Below are positions 47,952-57,094 of a stretch of 64,000 nt of DNA, in pieces. How positions within the stretch are numbered: the stretch's first letter is position 1; the number at the start of each line of letters is the position of its first letter. Both the position numbers and the translations under genes were made by a program. Location of the stretch: the NCBI GenBank assembly GCA_902825965.1, contig CADEDA010000003.1:157149-221148 (forward strand). Reading direction: 5' to 3'. This DNA is from an uncultured Gemmatimonadota bacterium. Lineage in GTDB: Bacteria; Gemmatimonadota; Gemmatimonadetes; Gemmatimonadales; Gemmatimonadaceae. A model generated the notes under the pieces. That model saw only the letters and a program-made list of their open reading frames with translations. It was not told the origin of the DNA and made no database searches.

Positions 47952-48772
47952 CGGGTCAGGCGGCGGCGGTCGGCCGCGTGCGCGTCGGATTCCGGTCAGT
48001 CGCCGTGACGGTCGAGTCCGAGGCGCCTGAGGTCACCGCGGACTTGGCACGGGTGTACCGGCATCTGCCGGCGCCCGACGCCGCGCCGTCCGCCGTGACA
48101 CTTCGGATCCGGGCGAGCGAGGCCGGATTCGACTGTCTGGGTGCGGCGGGTGGGGCCGTGCGCCGGCCGACCACGCGCATGGCCGTCCGCTGGGCTCGGT
48201 TCCAGATCCTGGCCTCGCTGATCGAGCATCACCCGGCGCTGCTCTGGATGCACGGTGCCGTCGCCGCGCTCGGCGATCGCGCGGTGCTGCTCCCCGGTCG
48301 GCGTGGTCGCGGCAAGAGCACGCTCGTATCGGCGCTCTGCATGCGCGGTTGGCGCTACCTCTCCGACGACGTGGTGCCGCTGGATCCCGCGACCATGCGC
48401 GTGCAGCCGTTTCCGCGCGTGCCGGAGCTGCGGCGGGACCCCGGCCGTGACATGCCCGCCGCCTGGCTGCTGGACGTTCAGAAGGAGGAGGTGCCGATCG
48501 ACGAGCGGGTGGAGCGGCATCCCCGGCCCGTCGCGGCGATCGTCCTGCCACTCGCCCAGCGTGACGGCGGGGTGGGGATCGCGCCTGCCCGCGCTCCGGA
48601 GCTGCTGGGGGAGATCGCCCAAGGCTGTTGGAACTTCGCCGCACACGGCGTCGGCGGGGCGGCGGCCTTGGGTGCACTTCTGCGCGGGAGCCGGCTGGCG
48701 CACCTGCGGTTCGACGACGCCGCGGCGGCGGCGGCGGCGCTCGAGCGCTGGCTGGACTGGTCGGCCGAATGA
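47948..48772 (+). CDS. HPr kinase/phosphorylase C-terminal-domain-like P-loop protein (HprK-related kinase)
   Basis: HGAVAALGDRAVLLPGRRGRGKSTLVSALCMRGWRYLSDDVVPLD parallels the HprK core HG.L....G.GVLI.G.SG.GKSE.AL.L...GH.LV.DD. The GTG start overlaps the PqqD stop. Confidence 0.75.
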   Translation: MTGQAAAVGRVRVGFRSVAVTVESEAPEVTADLARVYRHLPAPDAAPSAVTLRIRASEAGFDCLGAAGGAVRRPTTRMAVRWARFQILASLIEHHPALLWMHGAVAALGDRAVLLPGRRGRGKSTLVSALCMRGWRYLSDDVVPLDPATMRVQPFPRVPELRRDPGRDMPAAWLLDVQKEEVPIDERVERHPRPVAAIVLPLAQRDGGVGIAPARAPELLGEIAQGCWNFAAHGVGGAAALGALLRGSRLAHLRFDDAAAAAAALERWLDWSAE

Positions 48773-48920
48773 CGCCCCCTCTCGCCCGACGGCGTGGCCA
48801 ACTATAGAGTAGAGGAGCGGTGTGACCGCCCGCACAGCGCCGCGGGCCGGCGCACGGTCACACTGCAGCCACGCACGCGGGACGCCACGGATGCCTGTCA
48901 TACTTCGTGACAGAGCCATC

Positions 48921-48936
48921 GTGCACTCGTGTTGCA
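48921..48936 (+). promoter_or_regulatory. Sigma54-like -24/-12 element upstream of the pilin operon (imperfect)
   Basis: GTGCAC-tcgtg-TTGCA against the consensus TGGCAC-N5-TTGCA. The spacing is correct, but the first G of the GG doublet is T. It ends 42 nt before the ATG. Confidence 0.3.
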
Positions 48937-48977
48937 GACGTCGCATACTGGCGTCTCTACCTCGGAGTACCGCAGGC

Positions 48978-49580
48978 ATGTTCAACCAGGACAATCCTTT
49001 GGCTCAGCGCAGTCGGCGACCCATCGTCCGTCGCGGCTTCACCATCGTCGAGTTGCTGACGGTGATGGTGATCTTCGGCCTGCTCGCCGCGTTCGCGGCG
49101 CCGCGGATCGACGTCGCGCGTTTCCGGGTGAACAGCGCCGCGCAGGTGATGGGCACCACGATGCTCACGGCGCAGCGGCAGGCGGTCACGCAGCAGCACA
49201 ACATCATCGTGCGGTTCGCCGAGGACCAGAACCGGCTGCGCATCCACGAGGATCGGAACAACAACAACACCGTCGACACCGGGGAGCACGAGCGTTCCGT
49301 GCAGCTGGGTGAGGGCATCGTGTTCGGACGGACGACGGCGCCGGCGATGGCGATGGGGACGGCGAACGTGACCTTCACGCGCACCATCGGCGGGTTGAAG
49401 GCGGTGACCTTCCATCGGGACGGCTCGGCGAGCGAGATGGGCGGGTTCTACATCACCTCGCTGCGGGCCTCGTCGAACAACAACACGCCCGAGGACGCGC
49501 GGGCGGTGGTGGTGGAGCGGGCGACTGGCCGCACCTCCTGGCACCGCTATCGCTCCGACGGCTGGCAAAAGGTGTTCTGA
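48978..49580 (+). CDS. GspH/FimT-family minor pseudopilin
   Basis: Prepilin N-terminal methylation motif RRGFTIVELLTVMVIFGLLAA, ~200 aa. Confidence 0.8.
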   Translation: MFNQDNPLAQRSRRPIVRRGFTIVELLTVMVIFGLLAAFAAPRIDVARFRVNSAAQVMGTTMLTAQRQAVTQQHNIIVRFAEDQNRLRIHEDRNNNNTVDTGEHERSVQLGEGIVFGRTTAPAMAMGTANVTFTRTIGGLKAVTFHRDGSASEMGGFYITSLRASSNNNTPEDARAVVVERATGRTSWHRYRSDGWQKVF

Positions 49581-49954
49581 TGAAGACGCGCGGGGGATTC
49601 ACCCTGATCGAGATCGTGATGGCGATGGCCATCCTGCTCATCGTGATGCTCACACTGGTCACGATGACGGGCCGCGCCGTGCACGTGAGCACGATCGCCG
49701 AGCGTGAGCAGGCGGCGATCCAGATGGCGACCGACCGGACGGACGAGGTGCGCACCAACCCCTCGTACGCCGCGCTGGACAGCCTGTACGGCGGCACGGA
49801 GAACAGCTTCCCGACGCTGCCGGGCTTCACGCGCGTGACGACCATCCAGCGCATCACGGCCAATGGGCAGGACTACAAGAAGGTGACGGTGACGGTGAAC
49901 GGCCCGGGGCTCGCGGCCCCGATCTCTCGAACCATCGCGGTGGCAGCGCCATGA
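49580..49954 (+). CDS. PilV-like type IV minor pilin
   Basis: RGGFTLIEIVMAMAILLIVM prepilin motif, 124 aa. Its start overlaps the previous stop. Confidence 0.75.
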   Translation: MKTRGGFTLIEIVMAMAILLIVMLTLVTMTGRAVHVSTIAEREQAAIQMATDRTDEVRTNPSYAALDSLYGGTENSFPTLPGFTRVTTIQRITANGQDYKKVTVTVNGPGLAAPISRTIAVAAP

Positions 49955-51123
49955 CCCGACTCTCGATGCGTGCTCGTCCCGGCCTCACGCTGATCGAAAT
50001 GATGATGTCGCTCGTCATCTTCTCGTTCGTGGTGGCGGGAGCCGTCCTCCTCCTCCGCTCGGAGAGCCGCAGCTTCTCGCTCGGCTCCGAGCGCGTGGCG
50101 ATGTACCAGAACGGGCGCTTCGCGCTCAACGAGATGGAGAAGGACCTCCGGACCTCCGGCGCAGGCGCGCCGGACGTGCAGCCGCACCTGATCTACATCG
50201 CCGACAGCGTGATCGTCTTCAACGCCAACTATTGGACGAACACCGCCGGCGACGTCGAGGCCGTCTATTACAACCCGGATGCGCCGGACTCGGCCGTCAC
50301 GGCGCTGACGACGTCGACCAAGATCACGCTGCCGCACACCAGCATCCAGTACCCGGACACGAACTACCGCGTCGGTGCCGTGAACTCGGCGTCGGAGACC
50401 ATCAGCTTCTACTTCGCGCGTGATGCGAGCACGGCCCGCACCGACGACTGGATCCTGTGGCGTCGGGTGAACAACCTCGCGCCGGAGATCGTGTCGACGA
50501 ACATCGCACGCATCGACTCGACCGCCTTCTTCACGTACTTCCGGGTGCGCACCACCACCGGCGGCGTCTCGTCGATGCAGCAGGTGGCGGCCAACACGCT
50601 GCCCTGGCGGCACACGGTGCCGATCCACCTCTCCATCAACGATACCGGCGCCAACGCCCGCATCGACAGCATCCGCGCGGTCCGCGTCGCGTTCTCGGTC
50701 TCCAACGGCAAGTCCGGCTCGGAGGAGCGGTTCCGCACGCTCTCCCGCCTCATCCGGCTGCCCAACGTGGGGCTCGCCAACACCCGCAGCTGCGGTGACG
50801 CGCCGATCTTCAGCGCCACGCCGAGCGTGGCCAACATCATCCTGCCCGACAGCGTGACCCGCGCCGTGCGGCTCCAGTTCGTGCGGTCGGTGGACGAGCT
50901 CGCCGGTGAGCGCGACGTGGAGCGGTACGTCGTGTGGCGGCGCATCTCGCCCGCCACCGACTGGGGTGACCCCTTCGTGACCGTCCCCGGCGGTGACTCG
51001 CTCAACACGTACATCGACGCCACCGTGACGAGCGGCCTCACGTATCGCTATGCGGTCTCGGCGCAGGACTGCACGCCGACGCTGTCCGGACAGCAGTTGT
51101 CCGCTGAAATCACGATCCCGTGA
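49951..51123 (+). CDS. PilW-like type IV minor pilin with a C-terminal FN3-like extension
   Basis: RPGLTLIEMMMSLVIFSFVVAG motif. The C-terminal ~90 aa (VRLQFVRSVDE...RYVVWRR....W..P...V......Y.D..V..G.TYRY.V.A.D) looks fibronectin-III-like. ATGA overlap with the previous gene. Confidence 0.7.
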   Translation: MTRLSMRARPGLTLIEMMMSLVIFSFVVAGAVLLLRSESRSFSLGSERVAMYQNGRFALNEMEKDLRTSGAGAPDVQPHLIYIADSVIVFNANYWTNTAGDVEAVYYNPDAPDSAVTALTTSTKITLPHTSIQYPDTNYRVGAVNSASETISFYFARDASTARTDDWILWRRVNNLAPEIVSTNIARIDSTAFFTYFRVRTTTGGVSSMQQVAANTLPWRHTVPIHLSINDTGANARIDSIRAVRVAFSVSNGKSGSEERFRTLSRLIRLPNVGLANTRSCGDAPIFSATPSVANIILPDSVTRAVRLQFVRSVDELAGERDVERYVVWRRISPATDWGDPFVTVPGGDSLNTYIDATVTSGLTYRYAVSAQDCTPTLSGQQLSAEITIP

Positions 51124-51149
51124 GTCTTGACGTGAACCTCGGAGTCCCG

Positions 51150-52973
51150 ATGTCCCCTCGCCCGCAGCTCAAGAACCGACGCGGTATCGCGCTGATCGTG
51201 GTGCTGATGGTCGCCCTCGCGGTGGCCGCCATCGCCTCGGGCGCGACCTTCCTGTCGCTCAACACGTCGCTCGTCAGCACCTACCACAGCCGCCTGAGCG
51301 TGCTGGAGAGCGTGGCCGATGCCGGGCTGGAGCAGGCGCGCTCGGCGATGAATGCGAACGACTCGCTGTACCCGGACTCCGGGTACGTCACGTATGAGAA
51401 CGGGGTCTCCGTCACCGACGCCTCGGGCAACGCGATCCCTGGCGTGACGCGGTGGACGTACGTGGGACCGTCCGGCGTGACCTCCGGCCAGTACGGCGTG
51501 TTCGGCAGCGTCGTCACCGTGGTGACCGACGGGTCGGGCAACCGCATCGTGCGGCGCCTCGAGGTGCTGCAGGAGAGCTTCGCCAAGTACGCGTACTTCA
51601 CGGACTTCGAAGGCTCCATCGTCTTCGGCGCCAACGACGTGCTCTACGGCCCGGTCCACTCGAACGACGGCATCACCATGCAGGCGGCCGCGCCCGGCGC
51701 GACGTTCTGGGGCCTGGTGAAGACCGCGGAGACGATCACCAACCGGAGCTCGGGCAACTACAACGCCGGGTACCAGGAGAACGTGCCGGAGATTCCGTTC
51801 CCGCAGACCCAGGAACTCACCCGGCTCTTGGCGCAGGCGACGGCGGGCGGCACCAACTTCACCAGCTCCACGGCCGGTGACTCCTCGAGTGCGACGATGC
51901 GCATCGAATTCGTGGCGCTCGACCTCAACGGTGACGGCGACTCCACCGACACCGACGAAGGCTTCATGAAGATCTACCGCGTGACGAACAACTCGAACTA
52001 CTGGTACGTCACCGCGGACACCACCGGCAACTTCGGCACCAACGGCTTGGCGCGCTCGTGGAACTGCGGGCACATCAGCGCCAGCGGCACGGGGTCGCAT
52101 TCGACGTTCCGGACTTTCCGTCGCCACCAGACGGGCACATCCCAGGACCGGGCGACCTGGGCCACGCAGAACGGCACCTCGCGCACCTGCTACCTGGGTG
52201 GCTCCAACATCCTGAATGACTGGACGTCGCCGGCGGGCAGCTTCCTCGCGACGGACTCGCTCGGCTCCTGGGTCGCGTGGACCGGAACCGTGGATTCGCG
52301 CGTCGCCAGCGCGCGCCCGGCGGACAATGCGTACCTCTGGCCGATCTCGCGCGCCCTGAACCCGAACTTCAAGGGTGTCATCCACGTGACCGGCAAGGTG
52401 GCGATCAGCGGGAAGTTCCGCGGCTCCGTCACGCTCGCGGCCACCGGCAACATCATCATCGTCGACAACCTCACCTACGTCACCAACCCCGGCGGCACGA
52501 CCCCCTGCAACTCGCCGGTGCGCGACATGCTGGGGATCTTCAGCGGGGCGGACGTCATCGTCGCCGACAACCTGGTGAACGCCCCGTACCGTCCCGTCAC
52601 GGGACAGCCCTACCGCACGTGGCGACCCAACGGCTCGGATGAGACCATCCACGGCGTGGTGCTCGCGCTCAACCAGTTCCGCGCCGAGAACCACAACATC
52701 GATCCGCAGGACGTCGAGGACTGCTCGGGCGCGAACAACGCCCGCGGCTGCCTCTACCTGACCGGCGGCATCATCCAGCAGAACCGTGGCCCGGTGGGTC
52801 AGGTGAACGGCCGTGGCTACATCAAGCGCTACCAGTACGACGCCTGCGCGGGCCTGAACCCGCCGCCGTACTTCCCGACAACCGGTCACTTCATCCGTGG
52901 CCACTACTACGAAGTCGAACCGACGAACTTCAGCATCTCCAGCTTCTGGCCGCTGCTCGTCCCGGCACCCTGA
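51150..52973 (+). CDS. PilX-N-terminal-domain protein, oversized (~607 aa), putative pilus-tip/adhesin-like
   Basis: RRGIALIVVLMVALAVAAIASG, followed by the PilX_N-like LSVLESVADAGLEQARS. GGAG lies 5 nt upstream of the ATG at 51150. An Asp-rich DLNGDGDSTDTDEG Ca-binding-like loop is present. Confidence 0.7.
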   Translation: MSPRPQLKNRRGIALIVVLMVALAVAAIASGATFLSLNTSLVSTYHSRLSVLESVADAGLEQARSAMNANDSLYPDSGYVTYENGVSVTDASGNAIPGVTRWTYVGPSGVTSGQYGVFGSVVTVVTDGSGNRIVRRLEVLQESFAKYAYFTDFEGSIVFGANDVLYGPVHSNDGITMQAAAPGATFWGLVKTAETITNRSSGNYNAGYQENVPEIPFPQTQELTRLLAQATAGGTNFTSSTAGDSSSATMRIEFVALDLNGDGDSTDTDEGFMKIYRVTNNSNYWYVTADTTGNFGTNGLARSWNCGHISASGTGSHSTFRTFRRHQTGTSQDRATWATQNGTSRTCYLGGSNILNDWTSPAGSFLATDSLGSWVAWTGTVDSRVASARPADNAYLWPISRALNPNFKGVIHVTGKVAISGKFRGSVTLAATGNIIIVDNLTYVTNPGGTTPCNSPVRDMLGIFSGADVIVADNLVNAPYRPVTGQPYRTWRPNGSDETIHGVVLALNQFRAENHNIDPQDVEDCSGANNARGCLYLTGGIIQQNRGPVGQVNGRGYIKRYQYDACAGLNPPPYFPTTGHFIRGHYYEVEPTNFSISSFWPLLVPAP

Positions 52974-53155
52974 CGGGTGTTCCGGATGGTGCCGAGGCCC
53001 GGTGGCGAGCGATCGCTACCGGGCCTCGGTGTCTTACAGGCCACGTTCCCGCGGGCCAGCCAGACGAGCGTCAGCGCGGCGCTGGCGCCCTGCGTTCAGC
53101 TTCGGCACGTTCCATGGCGTCCGTTGCCGTTCCCCACACTCCAGACCGCGCCCCG

Positions 53156-55588
53156 ATGTCCCTGTCCCGCTCCCTCCGGCCCCTGGCCGCCTCCACCCTG
53201 CTCGCGACCGGCCTCGCGACCGGCCTCGCGCTAAGCCTCAGCGCGACCGCCCTGGCCGCGCAGGAGGCCCCCTTCATCGGTGTCCGCGTGGACGCCGACC
53301 GCAACAAGGTCCTGCTCGAGATCCCCGTGGGCCGGCTCGACACCGACTTCATGCACCAGAGTGTGCTCGCCACCGGCGGCGGGGCGCCCAACCTCGGGCT
53401 CGATCGCGGGCAGACGGGTGGCAGTGCCATCGTCCGGCTCGAGCGCCGCGGCAAGCGCGTGCTCATGCTCCGGGACAACCTCGCGGTGCGCGCCGTGAAC
53501 GCCAGCGAGGCCGGCCGCACGGCGGCGAGCGAGGCCTTCCCCACGTCGGTGGTGGCCTCGTTCCCGATCGAAGCCGAGGCCAATGGCAGCATCACCGCCG
53601 ACGCCACGGCGCTATTCCTGTCGGACACGTACGGCATCGCGGAGAGCATCCGCCGCGCGCAGGGCGGGAACGGGCGCGTGGACCCGAACCGCAGCTGGAT
53701 CGACGCGACGCGCACCAAGGCCTTCCCGCGCAACACCGAGATCCACGCCGTGCTCACCTTCGCGGTGGACAACCCGGGTGCCGTGCTGCGTCGCGTCGCG
53801 CCCGACGCCGCTGCGCCGACGTTCGAGGTGCACCACTCGCTGGTCGCGTTGCCGTCGAGCGAGGGATTCCGTCCGCGGCGCGGGGACGCGCGGTCGGGAC
53901 TCTTCGGCACGCAGTTCATGGACCTCTCCCAGGGTTTCGACGGCACGTATCGCGATGGCTACGCCAATCGTTGGCGCCTGGTGCCCAAGGACCCGGCGGC
54001 GTACCAGCGTGGCGTGCTGACCGAGCCGGTCGCGCCGATCGTGTACTACCTCGATCCCGGCATCCCCGAGCCGTACCGCAAGGCCTTCCTCGAGGGCGGC
54101 AACTGGTGGAACAAGGTCTTCGAGGGCGCGGGCTGGAAGAGCGCGTTCCAGGTGAAGGAACTGCCGGCCGGCGTGGATCCCATGGATGCGCGCTACAACC
54201 TGATCTACTGGGTGCACCGCAGCGGACCGGGCCCGTCGGTGGGCCCGTCGTTCAGCGACCCGCGGACCGGTGAGATCGTGCGTACGGTGGTGCGCATGGA
54301 CGCCTGGCGTTCGCTCGTGGACTACAACATCTACGCGGGCTTGCTGCCCGCCGCCGGCGCTGCCGGACTGAACGTCTCGGCCGAGGACTTCGCGATGGCG
54401 CGGCGCCGCCAGCATGTGGCGCACGAGATCGGGCATACCATCGGCTTCTCCCACAACTACATCTCGCACGCGCAGGACCGTGCGTCGGTGATGGACTATC
54501 CGTTCCCGCTCATCTCGGTGGACGCACGCGGCCAGTTGGACCTGCGCAACGCGTACCGGCCGCACGCCGGCGGCTGGGACTCGCTCGCGGTGCGCTACGG
54601 CTACACCTGGTATCCGGACGCGAAGGCCGAGGAGGCGGGCCTCGCGAAGATCGTGTCGGAGGGCCTCGCGCGCGGGCTGCGCTTCGTGGCCGACCAGCAC
54701 GCCGGTGCGGATGGATCCATCCCCGAGGTGACGCGCTGGGTGGAAGGCAAGACGATGTTCGACGCCGTCGAGCGCACCAGCGCGGTGCGCAAGCTCGCGA
54801 TCGAACGGTTCGACGAGCGCGCGATCAAGCCCGGCGAGCCGATGTACCTGCTCAACATGCGGTTCGCGCACGTGTACCTGCACCACCGCTACTCGCTCGA
54901 AGGGCTCACCAAGTACGTCGGTGGGATGGATTTCCGGTACGCGATGCGCGGCGACGGGCAGGTGCCGACGAGCATCGTGCCGGCAGCGCAGCAGCGCCGG
55001 GCCCTCGCGATGGCACTCGACGCGCTGGAGCCGGCCAACCTGGCGGTGCCGGAGCGGGTGCAGGCGATGATCCCGCCGGTGCCCCCGGGTGGCGACGGCG
55101 CGCTCGAGTGGATCGGCACGGCGGCCGGCACGGCGTTCGACGAGATCTCGCTCGCCGGTGGCCTCGCGACCGAAGTGCTCGAGAACCTCATGCACCGCGA
55201 GCGCCTGGCGCGTGTGGTGCTGTTCCGTGCGCGCGACGCCCAGAACCCGACGCTCGACGAGGTGCTGCAGACGATCGTCGATCGGACCTGGGGCGTGGCC
55301 GCCAGCGACGACATGCACGCGCAGTCGCTGCGGCGGACGGTGCAGCGGGTGGTCCTCAACACGCTGCTCGACCGGGCGGGTGACAAGGACGCGCTGCCCG
55401 ACGTGCGCCAGGTGGCGGCATTGCACCTGGAGCAGCTCGACCAGCGGCTCGCGGGACAGACCGGCGGCACCCCGGCCGATCGTGCGCTGCGTGCTGCCGC
55501 GCGGCGCGAGATCGCGCGGTTCTTCGACGGGGACGACGACCCGGCGTCGCGTTCGCGCTTCGCCGTGCTGCCGCTGCCCTGGCCCTGA
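53156..55588 (+). CDS. Secreted zinc-dependent metalloprotease (DUF5117/DUF4953-type)
   Basis: Signal LLATGLATGLALSLSATALAAQ and zinc motif HVAHEIGHTIGFSHNY. The ~810 aa architecture is typical of this family. Confidence 0.8.
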   Translation: MSLSRSLRPLAASTLLATGLATGLALSLSATALAAQEAPFIGVRVDADRNKVLLEIPVGRLDTDFMHQSVLATGGGAPNLGLDRGQTGGSAIVRLERRGKRVLMLRDNLAVRAVNASEAGRTAASEAFPTSVVASFPIEAEANGSITADATALFLSDTYGIAESIRRAQGGNGRVDPNRSWIDATRTKAFPRNTEIHAVLTFAVDNPGAVLRRVAPDAAAPTFEVHHSLVALPSSEGFRPRRGDARSGLFGTQFMDLSQGFDGTYRDGYANRWRLVPKDPAAYQRGVLTEPVAPIVYYLDPGIPEPYRKAFLEGGNWWNKVFEGAGWKSAFQVKELPAGVDPMDARYNLIYWVHRSGPGPSVGPSFSDPRTGEIVRTVVRMDAWRSLVDYNIYAGLLPAAGAAGLNVSAEDFAMARRRQHVAHEIGHTIGFSHNYISHAQDRASVMDYPFPLISVDARGQLDLRNAYRPHAGGWDSLAVRYGYTWYPDAKAEEAGLAKIVSEGLARGLRFVADQHAGADGSIPEVTRWVEGKTMFDAVERTSAVRKLAIERFDERAIKPGEPMYLLNMRFAHVYLHHRYSLEGLTKYVGGMDFRYAMRGDGQVPTSIVPAAQQRRALAMALDALEPANLAVPERVQAMIPPVPPGGDGALEWIGTAAGTAFDEISLAGGLATEVLENLMHRERLARVVLFRARDAQNPTLDEVLQTIVDRTWGVAASDDMHAQSLRRTVQRVVLNTLLDRAGDKDALPDVRQVAALHLEQLDQRLAGQTGGTPADRALRAAARREIARFFDGDDDPASRSRFAVLPLPWP

Positions 55589-55765
55589 GCGCCCCGTGCT
55601 CGGTTAAGTTCCGATTACGGGCCGAGCAGGGGTGATGCGCCGCCGTGTACCTGAGGTTAGGGTATCGGCGGCGCAACCCATTCCGGGGTTGTGGTGTCCT
55701 ATTGCACGTGCCATCCCCCGGGGTGGCGCCACGCGCCCAGTCCCCACCCTCCGGCGAGACCCCGT

Positions 55766-57094
55766 ATGGCCCTCTCGTTCAGCCGTCGCACGCTCATCGT
55801 GCTTGCCGTGCTCGTCGTCGGCGCCCCGACCGCCTGGTTGCTCGCCCGCCCGCCCGAGGAGGCCGGCGCCGCGCTGACCGCGACGGCCAAGAAGACGCCC
55901 TTCATCGTGACGGTGACGACGGCCGGCGAGTTGCGTGCGAGTTCCGCGGTGCAGATCCAGGGCCCGCAGGAGATGCAGCGTGCCGGGGCGTTCCAGGTCA
56001 AGATCGCGTCGCTGGTCCCCGAGGGCACCGTCGTGAAGGTCGGCGACCTCGTCGCCGAGCTCGATCGCTCGGCCCTCGCCCAGCGACTGCAGGAGACCTC
56101 GCTGGCGGTGCAGAAGGCCGAGGCGGTGAACGAGCAGGCGATGCTCGATTCCACGCTCAACCTGTCGAAGGCGCGCGAGGACATGCGCACGATGGAGCTG
56201 GCGCTGGAGGAGAAGCGCCTGGCCAAGGAGCAGGCGGTCTACGAGGCGCCCACGGTCAAGCGGCAGGCGGAGATCGACCTGGAGAAGGCGGAGCGTGCGC
56301 TGGCGCAGGCCAAGCTCGACTACAAGACGAAGGTGGAGCAGGCGCAAGCGAAGATGCGCGAGGTGGGGGCGGACCTGCAGCGCCAGAAGAACCAGCTCGA
56401 GGTCGTGCAGAAGGTGATGGGGGAGTTCACGATCCGCGCACCGGCGCCGGGCATGGTGATCTACCAGAAGGAATGGAACGGGAAGAAGCGCGCCGTCGGC
56501 TCGCAGATCGGCGCCTGGGATCCCACGGTCGCCACGCTGCCGGACCTCACCAAGATGGAGTCGATCACCTACGTCAACGAGATCGACATCAAGAAGGTCG
56601 CGGTGGGCCAGCCCGTCGCGATCACGCTCGACTCCGATCCGACCAAGAAGCTGAGCGGCAAGGTGGTGCAGGTGGCGAACGTCGGGGAGCAGCGGCCCAA
56701 CACCGACGCCAAGGTGTTCGAGGTGAAGGTGCTGCTCGTGGGCGTGGACACCACGCTGCGCCCGGGCATGACCACGGGCAATGCGATCGAGACCACGGTG
56801 CTCACGGACGTGGTGTCGGTGCCGCTGGAGGCGGTCACCTCGATCGAGGACGTGCCCTACGTGTTCAAACGCTCCGGCGGCCGCCTGATCAAGCAGGAGG
56901 TCGAGACGGGCGCGATGAACGACAACGACGTCGTGATCGTGAAGGGGCTCGCGGAGGGTGAGGAGGTGCTGCTGGTGCCGCCGGCGGACGCCAACACGAT
57001 GGCGGCCACGCGGTTGCCGGGATCGACCCGCGGCCTGCCGGCCAAGGGCGGCGACACCTCCAAGGCTGCGCGCCCGGTCCCGCCCGGTGCGTGA
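55766..57094 (+). CDS. Periplasmic adaptor (membrane-fusion protein, MacA/HlyD family)
   Basis: N-terminal anchor, a long coiled-coil hairpin (LQETSLAVQKAEA...AQAKLDYKTKVEQAQAKMREV), and a beta-barrel domain (ITLDSDP.KKLSGKVVQVAN). Confidence 0.85.
   Translation: MALSFSRRTLIVLAVLVVGAPTAWLLARPPEEAGAALTATAKKTPFIVTVTTAGELRASSAVQIQGPQEMQRAGAFQVKIASLVPEGTVVKVGDLVAELDRSALAQRLQETSLAVQKAEAVNEQAMLDSTLNLSKAREDMRTMELALEEKRLAKEQAVYEAPTVKRQAEIDLEKAERALAQAKLDYKTKVEQAQAKMREVGADLQRQKNQLEVVQKVMGEFTIRAPAPGMVIYQKEWNGKKRAVGSQIGAWDPTVATLPDLTKMESITYVNEIDIKKVAVGQPVAITLDSDPTKKLSGKVVQVANVGEQRPNTDAKVFEVKVLLVGVDTTLRPGMTTGNAIETTVLTDVVSVPLEAVTSIEDVPYVFKRSGGRLIKQEVETGAMNDNDVVIVKGLAEGEEVLLVPPADANTMAATRLPGSTRGLPAKGGDTSKAARPVPPGA

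Noticed and set aside
46081-48772. Calling the PqqD/HprK-like/NTP_transf_5 locus a lasso-peptide biosynthetic gene cluster.
   Set aside because: No Asn-synthetase-like lasso cyclase, transglutaminase-like leader protease or ABC exporter is present nearby. The candidate peptide tail (12 aa) is too short for a threaded lasso with ring, loop and tail.
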